DNA from: an uncultured Sphingobacteriaceae bacterium
GTDB lineage: Bacteria > Bacteroidota > Bacteroidia > Sphingobacteriales > Sphingobacteriaceae
Direction: 5' to 3'
Length of the DNA: 64,000 nucleotides
NCBI GenBank assembly: GCA_964236465.1
Contig: CAXSBZ010000002.1
Location: 715 to 64,714 of the forward strand
Shown: one piece after another, positions 27,964 to 36,949 of the stretch
Layout of the letters: every line of letters starts with the position of its first letter
Numbering within the stretch: position 1 is the first letter of the stretch
Notes under the pieces: generated by a model
Databases searched by the model: none
Seen by the model: the letters and a program-made list of their open reading frames with translations, nothing else
Told to the model about the DNA's origin: nothing
Translations under genes and position numbers: made by a program

Positions 27964-28881
27964 ATGATTGAACTAAACGTAGCTAAATATAAATCTGATT
28001 TTAAAAGGAAGCTTGATAACTTTGCGGATGAGTTAGGAAAATATGTATCCAGCGAAAATGGAGATTGGTCTATAAAAGGTTTTATTGATGTCTATAAAAA
28101 TATTTACACTATTTCTTCGGATACCAAAATTGTTTCTAAAATTCTTGAAATACATATTTTTCCACAGATTTTACATTTTGCCGAAACAATTGGCTACAAA
28201 ATTATTTTAGCTGAAAAACAAAATTGGTATCCAGACTTAACTTTTGTAAACAAAGATTTTGAAAAAATAAAATTTGCGTTAGATATTAAAACAACTTTTA
28301 GAAGGAACAATAAAACTGCAGGTTTTACTTTAGGCAGTCATGGTGGTTACTTTAAGGAGCGTGATAAAGACAAGAATATTCAATTTCCTTACTCAAAGTA
28401 TTCAGGGCACTTTTGCTTAGGCATCATTTATACAAGAACTGATTTTACAAACCATTTTCCAGATACAGAAATTTTCCAAGTTCAGGAGCTACAGGAAGAA
28501 TATGAAAGCCATCCTGATAGAATAGGAGAACGAAAAGTAACTACAGTAGATAACCTTCAATCAATAACATCGGTAATTAAAGAATTTGACTTTTTTGCTG
28601 CTGAAAAATGGAAAATTGCGAGCGATAGTCAAGGTTCTGGGAACACTGCAAATATTGGCTCAATAATCGATATTGATGATTTAAGAAATGAAAATGGAAT
28701 ATTTAGTAAATTAGGAGAAGAATGGTTTGATGAATACTGGATCAATTACGGAACTGTAACAATGCTAAAAGACGGTAAACATGTTAAAATAACTAAACTT
28801 AAAGATTTTTTAGAATTTAAAGGTAGGCAAGACCTTTGGGAAAGTATAGTAAGAAGAACAATAAAAAAAGAAATAAAATGA
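27964..28881 (+). CDS. EcoRV-family type II restriction endonuclease
   Basis: 305 aa. Blocks match my recollection of R.EcoRV. SSDTKIVSKILEIHIF matches GSDTKVLSTIFELF. WYPDLTF and FALDIKTTF match HYPDFTL and IAIDIKTTY (the catalytic D...D-x-K). EKWKIASDSQGSGNTANIGSI matches DKWVIAGDLAGSGNTTNIGSI. WFDEYWINY matches FLDYWRNY. The region is AT-rich. Confidence 0.8.
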   Translation: MIELNVAKYKSDFKRKLDNFADELGKYVSSENGDWSIKGFIDVYKNIYTISSDTKIVSKILEIHIFPQILHFAETIGYKIILAEKQNWYPDLTFVNKDFEKIKFALDIKTTFRRNNKTAGFTLGSHGGYFKERDKDKNIQFPYSKYSGHFCLGIIYTRTDFTNHFPDTEIFQVQELQEEYESHPDRIGERKVTTVDNLQSITSVIKEFDFFAAEKWKIASDSQGSGNTANIGSIIDIDDLRNENGIFSKLGEEWFDEYWINYGTVTMLKDGKHVKITKLKDFLEFKGRQDLWESIVRRTIKKEIK

Positions 28882-29798
28882 AAATTATAGTTCCACCAAT
28901 AAAAAGTCAAGGAATTAAGACCAAACTTGTTCCTTGGATTATGGAACTTGCACCTAAAACAAATGGAAGATGGATAGAGCCATTTTTAGGAACGGGTGTT
29001 GTTGCTTTTAATTCAGGATATAAGAAGGCAATTTTAAATGATACCAACCCTCACATAATCAATTTTTACAAAGGTGTTCAAGAAAAAGTAATTACAGCTC
29101 CTTTAATAAAAAATTATCTTGAATCTGAAGGTGAACTATTAAGGAAAGCAGAAAATAATGGATACGAACATTATTTAAAAGTAAGATCTCGTTTTAATAC
29201 TGAATTTTCACCTTACGATTTTATCTTTCTTTCAAGAGCAGGTTTTAATGGTATGATGCGATTTGGCAAAAAAGGAAATTGGAATATACCTTTTTGTAAA
29301 AAACCTGATCGTTTTGCTAAAGCTTATGTTACTAAAATCACAAATCAGGTTTTAACAGTTTCACAAATTATAAAACCAGAATCAGATTGGCTTTTTTACA
29401 ATAAATCATTTGCAGATATTATTCCACTTGCAACAGCAGACGATATAATTTATTGTGATCCGCCTTATTACGGACGTTACGTTGATTATTTCAATGGTTG
29501 GACTGAAAAGGATGAAGAACTTTTATTCCAACTACTAAGTAATACTAAGGCAAAATTTATTCTTTCTACTTGGCATCACAATGATTGGAGAGAAAATGAA
29601 ATGGTTGAAAAGTATTGGAACAAGTTTAACGTGGTTACAAAAGACCATTTCTACCATTCCGGCGGTAATATTGAAAATAGGAAAACAGTAGTTGAAGCAC
29701 TTGTGTGTAATTTTAATATAGACAATATACAGCAGCACAACCACGAACTGTTTAAAAATCCTAAAACCGAACAATTAGCATTAGAATTATCTACTTAA
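28878..29798 (+). CDS. Dam/M.EcoRV-family N6-adenine DNA methyltransferase (D12 class)
   Basis: The start ATG at 28878 overlaps the R-gene stop as ATGA. The N-terminus is VPPIKSQGIKTKLVP, as in M.EcoRV. EPFLGTGVV is the SAM-binding FxGxG-like block, and IIYCDPPYYGR is the DPPY catalytic motif. Confidence 0.85.
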   Translation: MKIIVPPIKSQGIKTKLVPWIMELAPKTNGRWIEPFLGTGVVAFNSGYKKAILNDTNPHIINFYKGVQEKVITAPLIKNYLESEGELLRKAENNGYEHYLKVRSRFNTEFSPYDFIFLSRAGFNGMMRFGKKGNWNIPFCKKPDRFAKAYVTKITNQVLTVSQIIKPESDWLFYNKSFADIIPLATADDIIYCDPPYYGRYVDYFNGWTEKDEELLFQLLSNTKAKFILSTWHHNDWRENEMVEKYWNKFNVVTKDHFYHSGGNIENRKTVVEALVCNFNIDNIQQHNHELFKNPKTEQLALELST

Positions 29799-29884
29799 CA
29801 ATTAGTATTAATAGTTTAAGTTGTAATAGCTAAATCGTACTACTCCAAATTTTAGTAAACTAACCAAATTAGCTTCAAACCAAC

Positions 29885-30763
29885 ATGAAACAACTAACAA
29901 ACCTCCTAATATCCGCCCTTTTCCTCCTAATAACCACCTCCTTCCAACTACCAAAAGAATGGACAAACCTACTGGATAAAAACCTATCGAAATGGCAGAA
30001 TTACGAAAGTTACCGCCATAAACTGGGTTACAAAGGCCAGGTTCCGGTGGATGAGAACGGCAAACCGGTTCCGCCAATTGGGTACAATAAAAACGAAGCG
30101 AATGTTTTTTCGGTGGTAATGCAAAATGGCGAACCGGTACTGCATATCAGCGGCGAAATTTACGGCTGCATTTACACCAAGCAAGATTTTGAAAACTACG
30201 ATTTCAAGCTGAAAGTGAAATGGGGAAACAAGAAATGGGTGCCACGGTTGGATCAACCCTGGGATTCGGGTATTTTATACAATTCGCAAGGCGCGGCAGG
30301 TGTGGATTACTGGCATTCGTGGATGCTGAGCCAGGAGTTTCAGGTTTCTTCGCATGAGGATGGGAACAGCATGGGCGATTACTGGTGCATTGCTAACTCG
30401 CAGGCTGATGTTCATGTTGATTTTTCTTCCAAAAAAGACTCGCTCAAATTCAATCCCAAAGGTGTAAAAATAACGACTGGCAACGGTTATCATTTTATAC
30501 AAGCCAGCGGCAATTATGAAAGTCCGCAAGGCGAATGGACGGAGTTGGAGCTGATTAGTTTTGGCGGTAAAAGTTTGCACATTGTAAACGGACATGTGGT
30601 GATGGCCATTTCCAATTCCAGCTATAAAGAGGGCGATCAGCGGAAACCTTTAACACATGGCAAAATCCAATTGCAAAGCGAAGCTGCGGAGTTGTTTTAT
30701 AAAGATATTATGATCCAAAACATAACTGCAATTCCGGTGAAATATACGGCTTATTTTGAGTGA
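29885..30763 (+). CDS. DUF1080 (3-keto-disaccharide hydrolase-like) domain protein, secreted
   Basis: 292 aa with a signal peptide. W..Y..., NSGILY-like and HGKIQLQSEAAELFYKDIMIQ blocks are typical of the DUF1080 C-terminus. Confidence 0.75.
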   Translation: MKQLTNLLISALFLLITTSFQLPKEWTNLLDKNLSKWQNYESYRHKLGYKGQVPVDENGKPVPPIGYNKNEANVFSVVMQNGEPVLHISGEIYGCIYTKQDFENYDFKLKVKWGNKKWVPRLDQPWDSGILYNSQGAAGVDYWHSWMLSQEFQVSSHEDGNSMGDYWCIANSQADVHVDFSSKKDSLKFNPKGVKITTGNGYHFIQASGNYESPQGEWTELELISFGGKSLHIVNGHVVMAISNSSYKEGDQRKPLTHGKIQLQSEAAELFYKDIMIQNITAIPVKYTAYFE

Positions 30764-30800
30764 AAATTGGAAAGCTTAATGCTTCTTTTATCAGCTGAAA

Positions 30801-31076
30801 TTATACATCGTAATGAAACCTGCATTGTATAATCGAACATTTTTGATCCTGACTTTTAGTGCCGGAAATTTGATAAACTAAACGATGTTCGCCCGTTATC
30901 CTTCTCGACCAAAACCCTTTTAAACTAAATTTTAAGGGTTCTGGTTTTCCTAAACCTTTGAATGGTGTTTGTTTGATCGATCTAATTAATTCTCTGATTT
31001 TATCTGCTGTTACATGATCATTTTCCAACCAATATTCAAAATCCTTCCAACCATTCGGCGTGAATTCAGTATTCAT
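30801..31076 (-). CDS. yoeB: Txe/YoeB family type II toxin (second copy)
   Basis: 91 aa with [32 protein letters not shown] and RFHY. Overlaps the upstream antitoxin gene by 4 nt. Confidence 0.85.
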   Translation of the reverse strand: MNTEFTPNGWKDFEYWLENDHVTADKIRELIRSIKQTPFKGLGKPEPLKFSLKGFWSRRITGEHRLVYQISGTKSQDQKCSIIQCRFHYDV

Positions 31077-31348
31077 TGAGCAACTGCATCTTTATCTTCA
31101 AAAGAATAAGGTATCGTGTTTCCTGATCGAAGCTGATTGATAGATTCCTCCAAATGCTTTCGGTTAGCAGCGGTGGATAATAAATGTGCCGTTTCATTTA
31201 AAGCATTATATTCTTTGATAGAAATGATAACGACTGCATCATCTTCGTCATTATTTCTTGGCACAATCAAAACATCTTGTGATTTGCTTACGCCATCAAA
31301 ATAAGTTTTCATTTTTGTTCGTAATGAGGATATAGTTATTGCTTTCAT
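31073..31348 (-). CDS. yefM: Phd/YefM family antitoxin
   Basis: 91 aa with [32 protein letters not shown] and N-terminal blocks typical of YefM. Confidence 0.8.
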   Translation of the reverse strand: MKAITISSLRTKMKTYFDGVSKSQDVLIVPRNNDEDDAVVIISIKEYNALNETAHLLSTAANRKHLEESINQLRSGNTIPYSFEDKDAVAQ

Positions 31349-31454
31349 TATTATTGTACAATTTGAAGTACAAGCAAATGTACAAAATTAAACGGCTTAA
31401 CTTAAATACTTCTTTTATCGCCCTAAATTTGTTATTTAAAACAAGCAAATGCAA

Positions 31455-32375
31455 CTATTCTTGATTTGGTAATTGTTCCAATTTTTCCACAACCTGTTCG
31501 CAAATTTCATGGGTAAACAAAGCATCACGGGCAGAAATTTGAGTTGGTTTATTGTCCGCAACTGCTTGCAAAAAATCATCTGTCATTTGTTCAAAACCAC
31601 GTTTGTGCAAAGTTGATTCCCAATCGTTTGTTCCAAGTTTGATGGTGTTTTTATTTTCTTCAGAGATCAAATCCGAAACATTGTAAACGGTTTTCTTTTG
31701 TGTGGCCGTCATCACTTCCAATTTTTCTTCAGTTGTAGCCGTATCTCGGTTCATAATTCCGATGGCAACTGCACCGGAATGTGATACAAACTGGATAACC
31801 AACTGATGCAACCTAATACCTTTTTTGATGCCGTTGACAATCAAATTTTCAATCGGATACGGAAACAAGTAACGCAAAGTATCTACCACATGGATAAAAT
31901 CTTCAACCACAAAACGACGTACCAAATCAGGCAAACTTTTACGGTTTTTTTGCATGATAATCAATGTCGGATTTTCCAACTTTAACTGCTGATAAACCGG
32001 CGCGTATCTTCGGTTAAAACCAACCATCAGCAACAAATTGCGTGCTTCGGCCAGTTCCACCAATTGCTTGGATTCAGCATAAATCATTGAAATTGGTTTA
32101 TCCACAAAAACTGCAATGTTGGCTTCTAAAAGCTGTTTTACAATTTCAAAATGTGCTTCGGTTGCGGCGTTTACAAATGCTGCTTTGATGCCGCTTGCAA
32201 TTAAATCTGCCAAGGTTTTGTGCTGATTTGGCAACCGATATTGATCACCTAACTCTTGCAAACGCTTTTCGTTTCTTGAACATAAATGAAACTCGAAACC
32301 GGCCTTGCTGCTCAAGACCGGCAGATACGCTTTTGCGGCAATATCGCCCAAACCAATAATTCCAATTTTAATCAT
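31455..32375 (-). CDS. Gfo/Idh/MocA family oxidoreductase
   Basis: 306 aa. N-terminal Rossmann motif IKIGIIGLGDIAAKAYLP and the EKP-like block VDKPIS. Confidence 0.8.
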   Translation of the reverse strand: MIKIGIIGLGDIAAKAYLPVLSSKAGFEFHLCSRNEKRLQELGDQYRLPNQHKTLADLIASGIKAAFVNAATEAHFEIVKQLLEANIAVFVDKPISMIYAESKQLVELAEARNLLLMVGFNRRYAPVYQQLKLENPTLIIMQKNRKSLPDLVRRFVVEDFIHVVDTLRYLFPYPIENLIVNGIKKGIRLHQLVIQFVSHSGAVAIGIMNRDTATTEEKLEVMTATQKKTVYNVSDLISEENKNTIKLGTNDWESTLHKRGFEQMTDDFLQAVADNKPTQISARDALFTHEICEQVVEKLEQLPNQE

Positions 32376-32507
32376 GAGTTGTTGTGGATAAACTGTGGGT
32401 TAAGCAACAATTTTTAGGCGATAAAAGAAGCATGAATTCATTTTTTTTCAAAATAAATCTTTCCACAATTGATTCGTTTTACTAAAAATATTAGCATATT
32501 TGATTCT

Positions 32508-33800
32508 ATGAACCAAAACTCCATCAAAGTACAAACCGAGCCGCGCGTGCTTTTTGTTGATATGAACAGCTTTTTTGCCCGTTGCGAGCAGCAGGACAAT
32601 TACTGGCTGCGCGGCCGGCCGGTTGGTGTTTGCGTTTATACCGGCAAATACGGTTTCGCGATTGCGCTTTCAGTGGAGGCCAAAAGGATGGGCGTGAAAA
32701 CCGGGATGCGGCTGAACGAAGCTATGAAAATTTGCCCGGAACTGATCCCGGTAGAAAGCCATCCGGAGCGTTACCGGCAATATCATACCAAAATCATCAA
32801 TATTTTGAAGCGTTATTGCCCGGAAGTGATCCCGAAAAGTATTGATGAAGCGATTGTGAACCTTACCAATTACAAAATGGTTTATCCGGATACTGTTTTT
32901 ATCGCCCAAAAAATCAAGGAAGATATTAAGCGCGAAGTGGGCGATTGGCTGACGTGTTCTATCGGCATTGCGCCCAATGCTTTTTTGGCCAAGTTGGGTT
33001 CTGATATCGGTGGTTTTGATGGTTTACAGCTGATTACGACACAGAATATTGATGAAAAACTGGCAGCGTTGAAACTATCTGACCTGCCCGGGATCGGCAA
33101 AAATATGGCTTACCGGCTGGAGCGTGCCGGGATTATCACGCCGCTGCAAATGCGCTACACGGCACCGGAACGGTTGAAAGCGATTTTTAAAAGTATTGAA
33201 GGCGTGTACTGGCATTATCGGTTGAACTTTATTGAAACCGGGATGGCCGTAACGGATTACAAAGGGATGCAGGCGATGCGACAAATTTCTGCCGATAAAA
33301 GAAGCAACCCGGAATATATTGAGCAGTTGTTTCTGACGCTTTGCACCACGCTGGAACGGCGGATGGTGCACCACAATTTTTATTGTAAAAACGTGGCTTT
33401 CGTAGTGAAATACACGGATGAAACATATTGGCAAGATGGTTTTTCGATCACCAACCCAATCCAGGATGCCATTAGTTTGATGCGGATGATCAAAATACGG
33501 GTTAAAAAATTCGAAGAAACCACGCAATCGGCACCGGTTTTGAACAATAAGATTAGTGGTTTGCGCGTGATGGTAACTGATTTTGTGAACAACGGAAAAA
33601 TGCTGTACAGCTTGTTTGAAGATGTAAACCGCGGCGAAACGGCACGCAAAACGATGTATGCCATCCAGCAAAAGTTTGGGGCTGATAAATTGCGCCGCGC
33701 CGTAGAAATTACGGAGGGTAAAGTGGTTGCAGATGTTATTGGTTTCGGCTGTGTGAAGGATTTGACGGAACTGGATTATATAATGCCTGGCGAAAGTTGA
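32508..33800 (+). CDS. Y-family DNA polymerase (Pol IV/UmuC-like)
   Basis: The ATG at 32508 is preferred over the TTG at 32469. VLFVDMNSFFARCEQ (catalytic Asp), SIDEAIV and a helix-hairpin-helix LSDLPGIGKNMAYRLERAGI. Confidence 0.8.
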   Translation: MNQNSIKVQTEPRVLFVDMNSFFARCEQQDNYWLRGRPVGVCVYTGKYGFAIALSVEAKRMGVKTGMRLNEAMKICPELIPVESHPERYRQYHTKIINILKRYCPEVIPKSIDEAIVNLTNYKMVYPDTVFIAQKIKEDIKREVGDWLTCSIGIAPNAFLAKLGSDIGGFDGLQLITTQNIDEKLAALKLSDLPGIGKNMAYRLERAGIITPLQMRYTAPERLKAIFKSIEGVYWHYRLNFIETGMAVTDYKGMQAMRQISADKRSNPEYIEQLFLTLCTTLERRMVHHNFYCKNVAFVVKYTDETYWQDGFSITNPIQDAISLMRMIKIRVKKFEETTQSAPVLNNKISGLRVMVTDFVNNGKMLYSLFEDVNRGETARKTMYAIQQKFGADKLRRAVEITEGKVVADVIGFGCVKDLTELDYIMPGES

Positions 33801-33804
33801 TTTT

Positions 33805-36306
33805 TTATCCGGCAACTTTTTGCGGATATTGATAATTTAACTGTTTACCAACCGCCCGAATAGCACTGTAAGAAACGTCATCGCCCAAAGCAGTTTTAAC
33901 TTCAGTTGAGTTTTCTGGTTGATTTTTGCTGAAGTAATCTTGAATTTTATTGATCGTTTCCTGCGGAAAAATCTGCGTGATTTCCAGTTCATCCAATTCT
34001 ACAAAACATAATAAATGATTTTCAATTGTTCCGATTGTAAGCGAACGTTCAGCAGCAATTTCAGCAATAGTTTTTCCGGATTTAAACAGATTAAACGAAA
34101 GCTGTTTTGTATCAGTTTTTACATTTGGCTTTGCAACTTTTTCAGAAATAAAGTCAGTATTAAAAGGCGTTCTTGCAATGTTTTTGTTTTTACAATAAGC
34201 GTTGATATAAGCTAAAATTTCTTCACCATATTGTTCTACTTTGCTCTTGCCAATACCTTTTATCATTTCCAATTCTACTAAAGTGGAAGGTAATTTTTCA
34301 ACCAAATTGTCTAAAACTTTTTGATGCAAAATAACATAGGCTGGCATATTTTTTTCTTCCGCCAACCGATTTCTCCAGCTGCGTAAGGCGTTAAATAAAT
34401 CAGGGAAATTATATTTTTCGAGATCAGATTCTGGTTTAGACGATTGCGTAGAAGTATTATTTTTCTCCGCAGAAACCACGCTAAAATCAATGGCAGCATT
34501 AGCTTTATTTTGAAGATAAGCCAGTGCCACAAAACCATTTGCGGATGCTTCTTTTATCACCTGAAATTTGATGATTGCTTCCTGTTTTAAACCGTTTAAT
34601 GCAGCCAGAACCACTTTTCGGATGGCTTTGTTATCCGTTTCTACAGCCAGATTTTGGAGTGGTAAAAGAAGCATCGGCTCCAGTTTGGAAACGAAATAAG
34701 TGCTTGCTTTTTTAATTCGCTCCTGCAAAACTTCGTGGTTTTCGGGCAGATGTGGTTGCTGTACTAATTGATTTAATTCATGCTGAAATTTATCTGCAAC
34801 AGCATAAATCTGTTTTTCTGCATCCGCTTTAATTTGATGCAAGGTTTCTGCAAACTTTCCGACCAGCAAATGATCATATTCTTCAGCAACCTTTAACAAC
34901 GCAAAGAACTTGTATTTAATCGGATTGAAATCAAAAAGTTCCAGCAGTAAAACCTGCTGAAATGTTTTCTTAGCTTCGGCCAGGCTGTTTTCCGTCGGCG
35001 CGTTGCGTTCACTTTCGATGGTATAAGTGGCCACCGTTTGATCGGTAATCACACTTTTACTTTTCAGCGGCGAACTTAAAACCATGCCTTCCAGCGTTTT
35101 ACACCGGCTTAAAGCCACATAAACCTGGCCGTGCGTAAAGGCATCTTCGGCATCAATAATGGCTTTTTCAAACGTCAAACCCTGGCTTTTATGGATCGTA
35201 ATTGCCCAGGCCAGCCGCAACGGATATTGCGTAAAACTGCCAACCGTATTTTCATCCACTTCTTTTGTTGAGGCATTCAAAGCGTATTTGATGTTTTGCC
35301 AAACCATCGGCCCAACGCCAATTTCATCCTCGTCGGCAGCGCATTTCACATAAATCACTTCATCTACAATCCGCACAACTTTGCCAATTTTACCATTGTA
35401 AAAAAGCTTGTCGCGCGAGCTGTCGTTCTTCACAAACATAACCTGTGCGCCAATTTTCAGCTCTAAATCAAAAACTGTCGGATACGCATACTCCGGAAAA
35501 TCACCCTGAATAACCGCTTTAAAATGGTGCGATGCTTCTTTTATCGCTGTTAATTTCTGCTCGTTCAGCCGTTGCGCACTGTTGTTGTGCGTGGTTAAAG
35601 TGATGTAGCCGTCCGCTTCATCCGGTTTAAAATCAGGGACAAAACGCCGGTTCAAATCCTCCAAAACCTGCTGCGTAATCCGGTTTTCGCGGATGGCATT
35701 TAAAAGGTCGATAAAAGAAGCATCGGCCTGCCGGTAAATATGTTTCAGTTCGATGTTGACCAGCGGCGTTTGTTTCAGCGCACGGCTGCTAAAAAAATAT
35801 AGGGTATCGTAGTACGGTTTGAGCAATTGCCATTCCTCGTTTTTTGCCACGGGCGAGAGCTGGTGCAGATCGCCAATCATCAGCAACTGCACGCCGCCGA
35901 AAGGTTTGCTACGGTTGCGGTAACGGCGCAGCACCTCGTCCATCGCATCCAAAATATCGGCGCGCACCATGCTAATCTCGTCGATCACCAACAGGTCCAA
36001 ACTTTTGATCAGGTTGATCTTTTCGCGGTTAAATTGCTTTTTAAATTGTGCATTTCGGTCAATGTTTTCCTGATTTGGAATGTACGGCCCAAACGGCAAT
36101 TGGAACAGCGAATGGATAGTTACACCGCCTGCATTGATAGCTGCCACGCCTGTTGGTGCCACCACCGCCATCCGTTTGTGCGAAGTTTTTTTGAGTTGAT
36201 GCAGAAAAGTGGTTTTGCCCGTGCCCGCTTTTCCCGTCAAAAAAATATTGCGGTTGGTATGCTGTACAAAGTTGTTGGCGAGATCAAGTTGCGGGTTTTG
36301 CTGCAT
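33805..36306 (-). CDS. PIF1/RecD-family SF1 helicase with C-terminal HRDC and HTH domains
   Basis: 833 aa. Walker A GKAGTGKTT, Walker B LVIDEISMV, ITIHKSQG, an HRDC-like segment (LFNALRSWRNRLAEEKNMPAYVILHQKVL...IKGIGKSKVEQYG) and an HTH (KTIAEIAAERSLTIGTIENHL). Confidence 0.8.
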   Translation of the reverse strand: MQQNPQLDLANNFVQHTNRNIFLTGKAGTGKTTFLHQLKKTSHKRMAVVAPTGVAAINAGGVTIHSLFQLPFGPYIPNQENIDRNAQFKKQFNREKINLIKSLDLLVIDEISMVRADILDAMDEVLRRYRNRSKPFGGVQLLMIGDLHQLSPVAKNEEWQLLKPYYDTLYFFSSRALKQTPLVNIELKHIYRQADASFIDLLNAIRENRITQQVLEDLNRRFVPDFKPDEADGYITLTTHNNSAQRLNEQKLTAIKEASHHFKAVIQGDFPEYAYPTVFDLELKIGAQVMFVKNDSSRDKLFYNGKIGKVVRIVDEVIYVKCAADEDEIGVGPMVWQNIKYALNASTKEVDENTVGSFTQYPLRLAWAITIHKSQGLTFEKAIIDAEDAFTHGQVYVALSRCKTLEGMVLSSPLKSKSVITDQTVATYTIESERNAPTENSLAEAKKTFQQVLLLELFDFNPIKYKFFALLKVAEEYDHLLVGKFAETLHQIKADAEKQIYAVADKFQHELNQLVQQPHLPENHEVLQERIKKASTYFVSKLEPMLLLPLQNLAVETDNKAIRKVVLAALNGLKQEAIIKFQVIKEASANGFVALAYLQNKANAAIDFSVVSAEKNNTSTQSSKPESDLEKYNFPDLFNALRSWRNRLAEEKNMPAYVILHQKVLDNLVEKLPSTLVELEMIKGIGKSKVEQYGEEILAYINAYCKNKNIARTPFNTDFISEKVAKPNVKTDTKQLSFNLFKSGKTIAEIAAERSLTIGTIENHLLCFVELDELEITQIFPQETINKIQDYFSKNQPENSTEVKTALGDDVSYSAIRAVGKQLNYQYPQKVAG

Positions 36307-36378
36307 AGAACAATGATAAGAAATTTAGCATTGATTTTAAAAGATAAATTTATTTCTTTTGAAGAAATAGAAGTGATG

Positions 36379-36948
36379 TTAATTTATTACTTTTTCAAGA
36401 TCAATTATAAACTCATTAAAGTATTTACAATTAGTTTTTAAAATATTAAAATTTAACAAATCAAAAATTTCTGCATTGTGTGTTTCAGAATATTGCTTCA
36501 CAGATTTTCTGGTTGCTTTAATTAATACCTCTTTGGGTTCAAAGATTTTCATAGGATCAGAAACTTTAGGAATAGAGCAGCCATAATAGTTGTTGAAGGC
36601 TTCAATATCAGCAAAAATCAAAGCCTCAATTTCAAAAATATGAAGTAAGAAAATACCTTTCTTATCAACAATATTATTGGAATAATTAAATGTTTCCTGA
36701 CGTTTTAATTTTGCACCACGATCTGTTTCCAAAGCATCCAGATCACGAATAAATATAATTAAGTCAGGATTTTGAGTTTCATATTCAATACGAAGAATTC
36801 TCCTGAACAACTTTCTATTATCCAGCATACTGCCGTTAATATCTTTTAAAAGCGTTACAAAACTAAGGTTTTGATAATTCTTGGATAAAAGGTTTTTAAT
36901 CGCATTAGTATCATTTGGAGCTTCTCCTACCAGGCCAACTATAATCAT
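36379..36948 (-). CDS. DUF4276-like (predicted Toprim/OLD-type nuclease) protein
   Basis: 189 aa. The N-terminal IIVGLVGEAPND (conserved Glu) and IIFIRDLDALETD (DxD) fit a Toprim-like pattern. It starts 1 nt after the ATPase stop. Very AT-rich. Confidence 0.65.
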   Translation of the reverse strand: MIIVGLVGEAPNDTNAIKNLLSKNYQNLSFVTLLKDINGSMLDNRKLFRRILRIEYETQNPDLIIFIRDLDALETDRGAKLKRQETFNYSNNIVDKKGIFLLHIFEIEALIFADIEAFNNYYGCSIPKVSDPMKIFEPKEVLIKATRKSVKQYSETHNAEIFDLLNFNILKTNCKYFNEFIIDLEKVIN

Positions 36949-36949
36949 A

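Noticed and set aside
32383-32391. A single perfect DnaA box (TGTGGATAA) between the Gfo/Idh/MocA gene and the Y-family polymerase gene.
   Set aside because: About 0.5 perfect boxes are expected by chance in 64 kb. It is isolated, unlike the cluster at 50991-51170.
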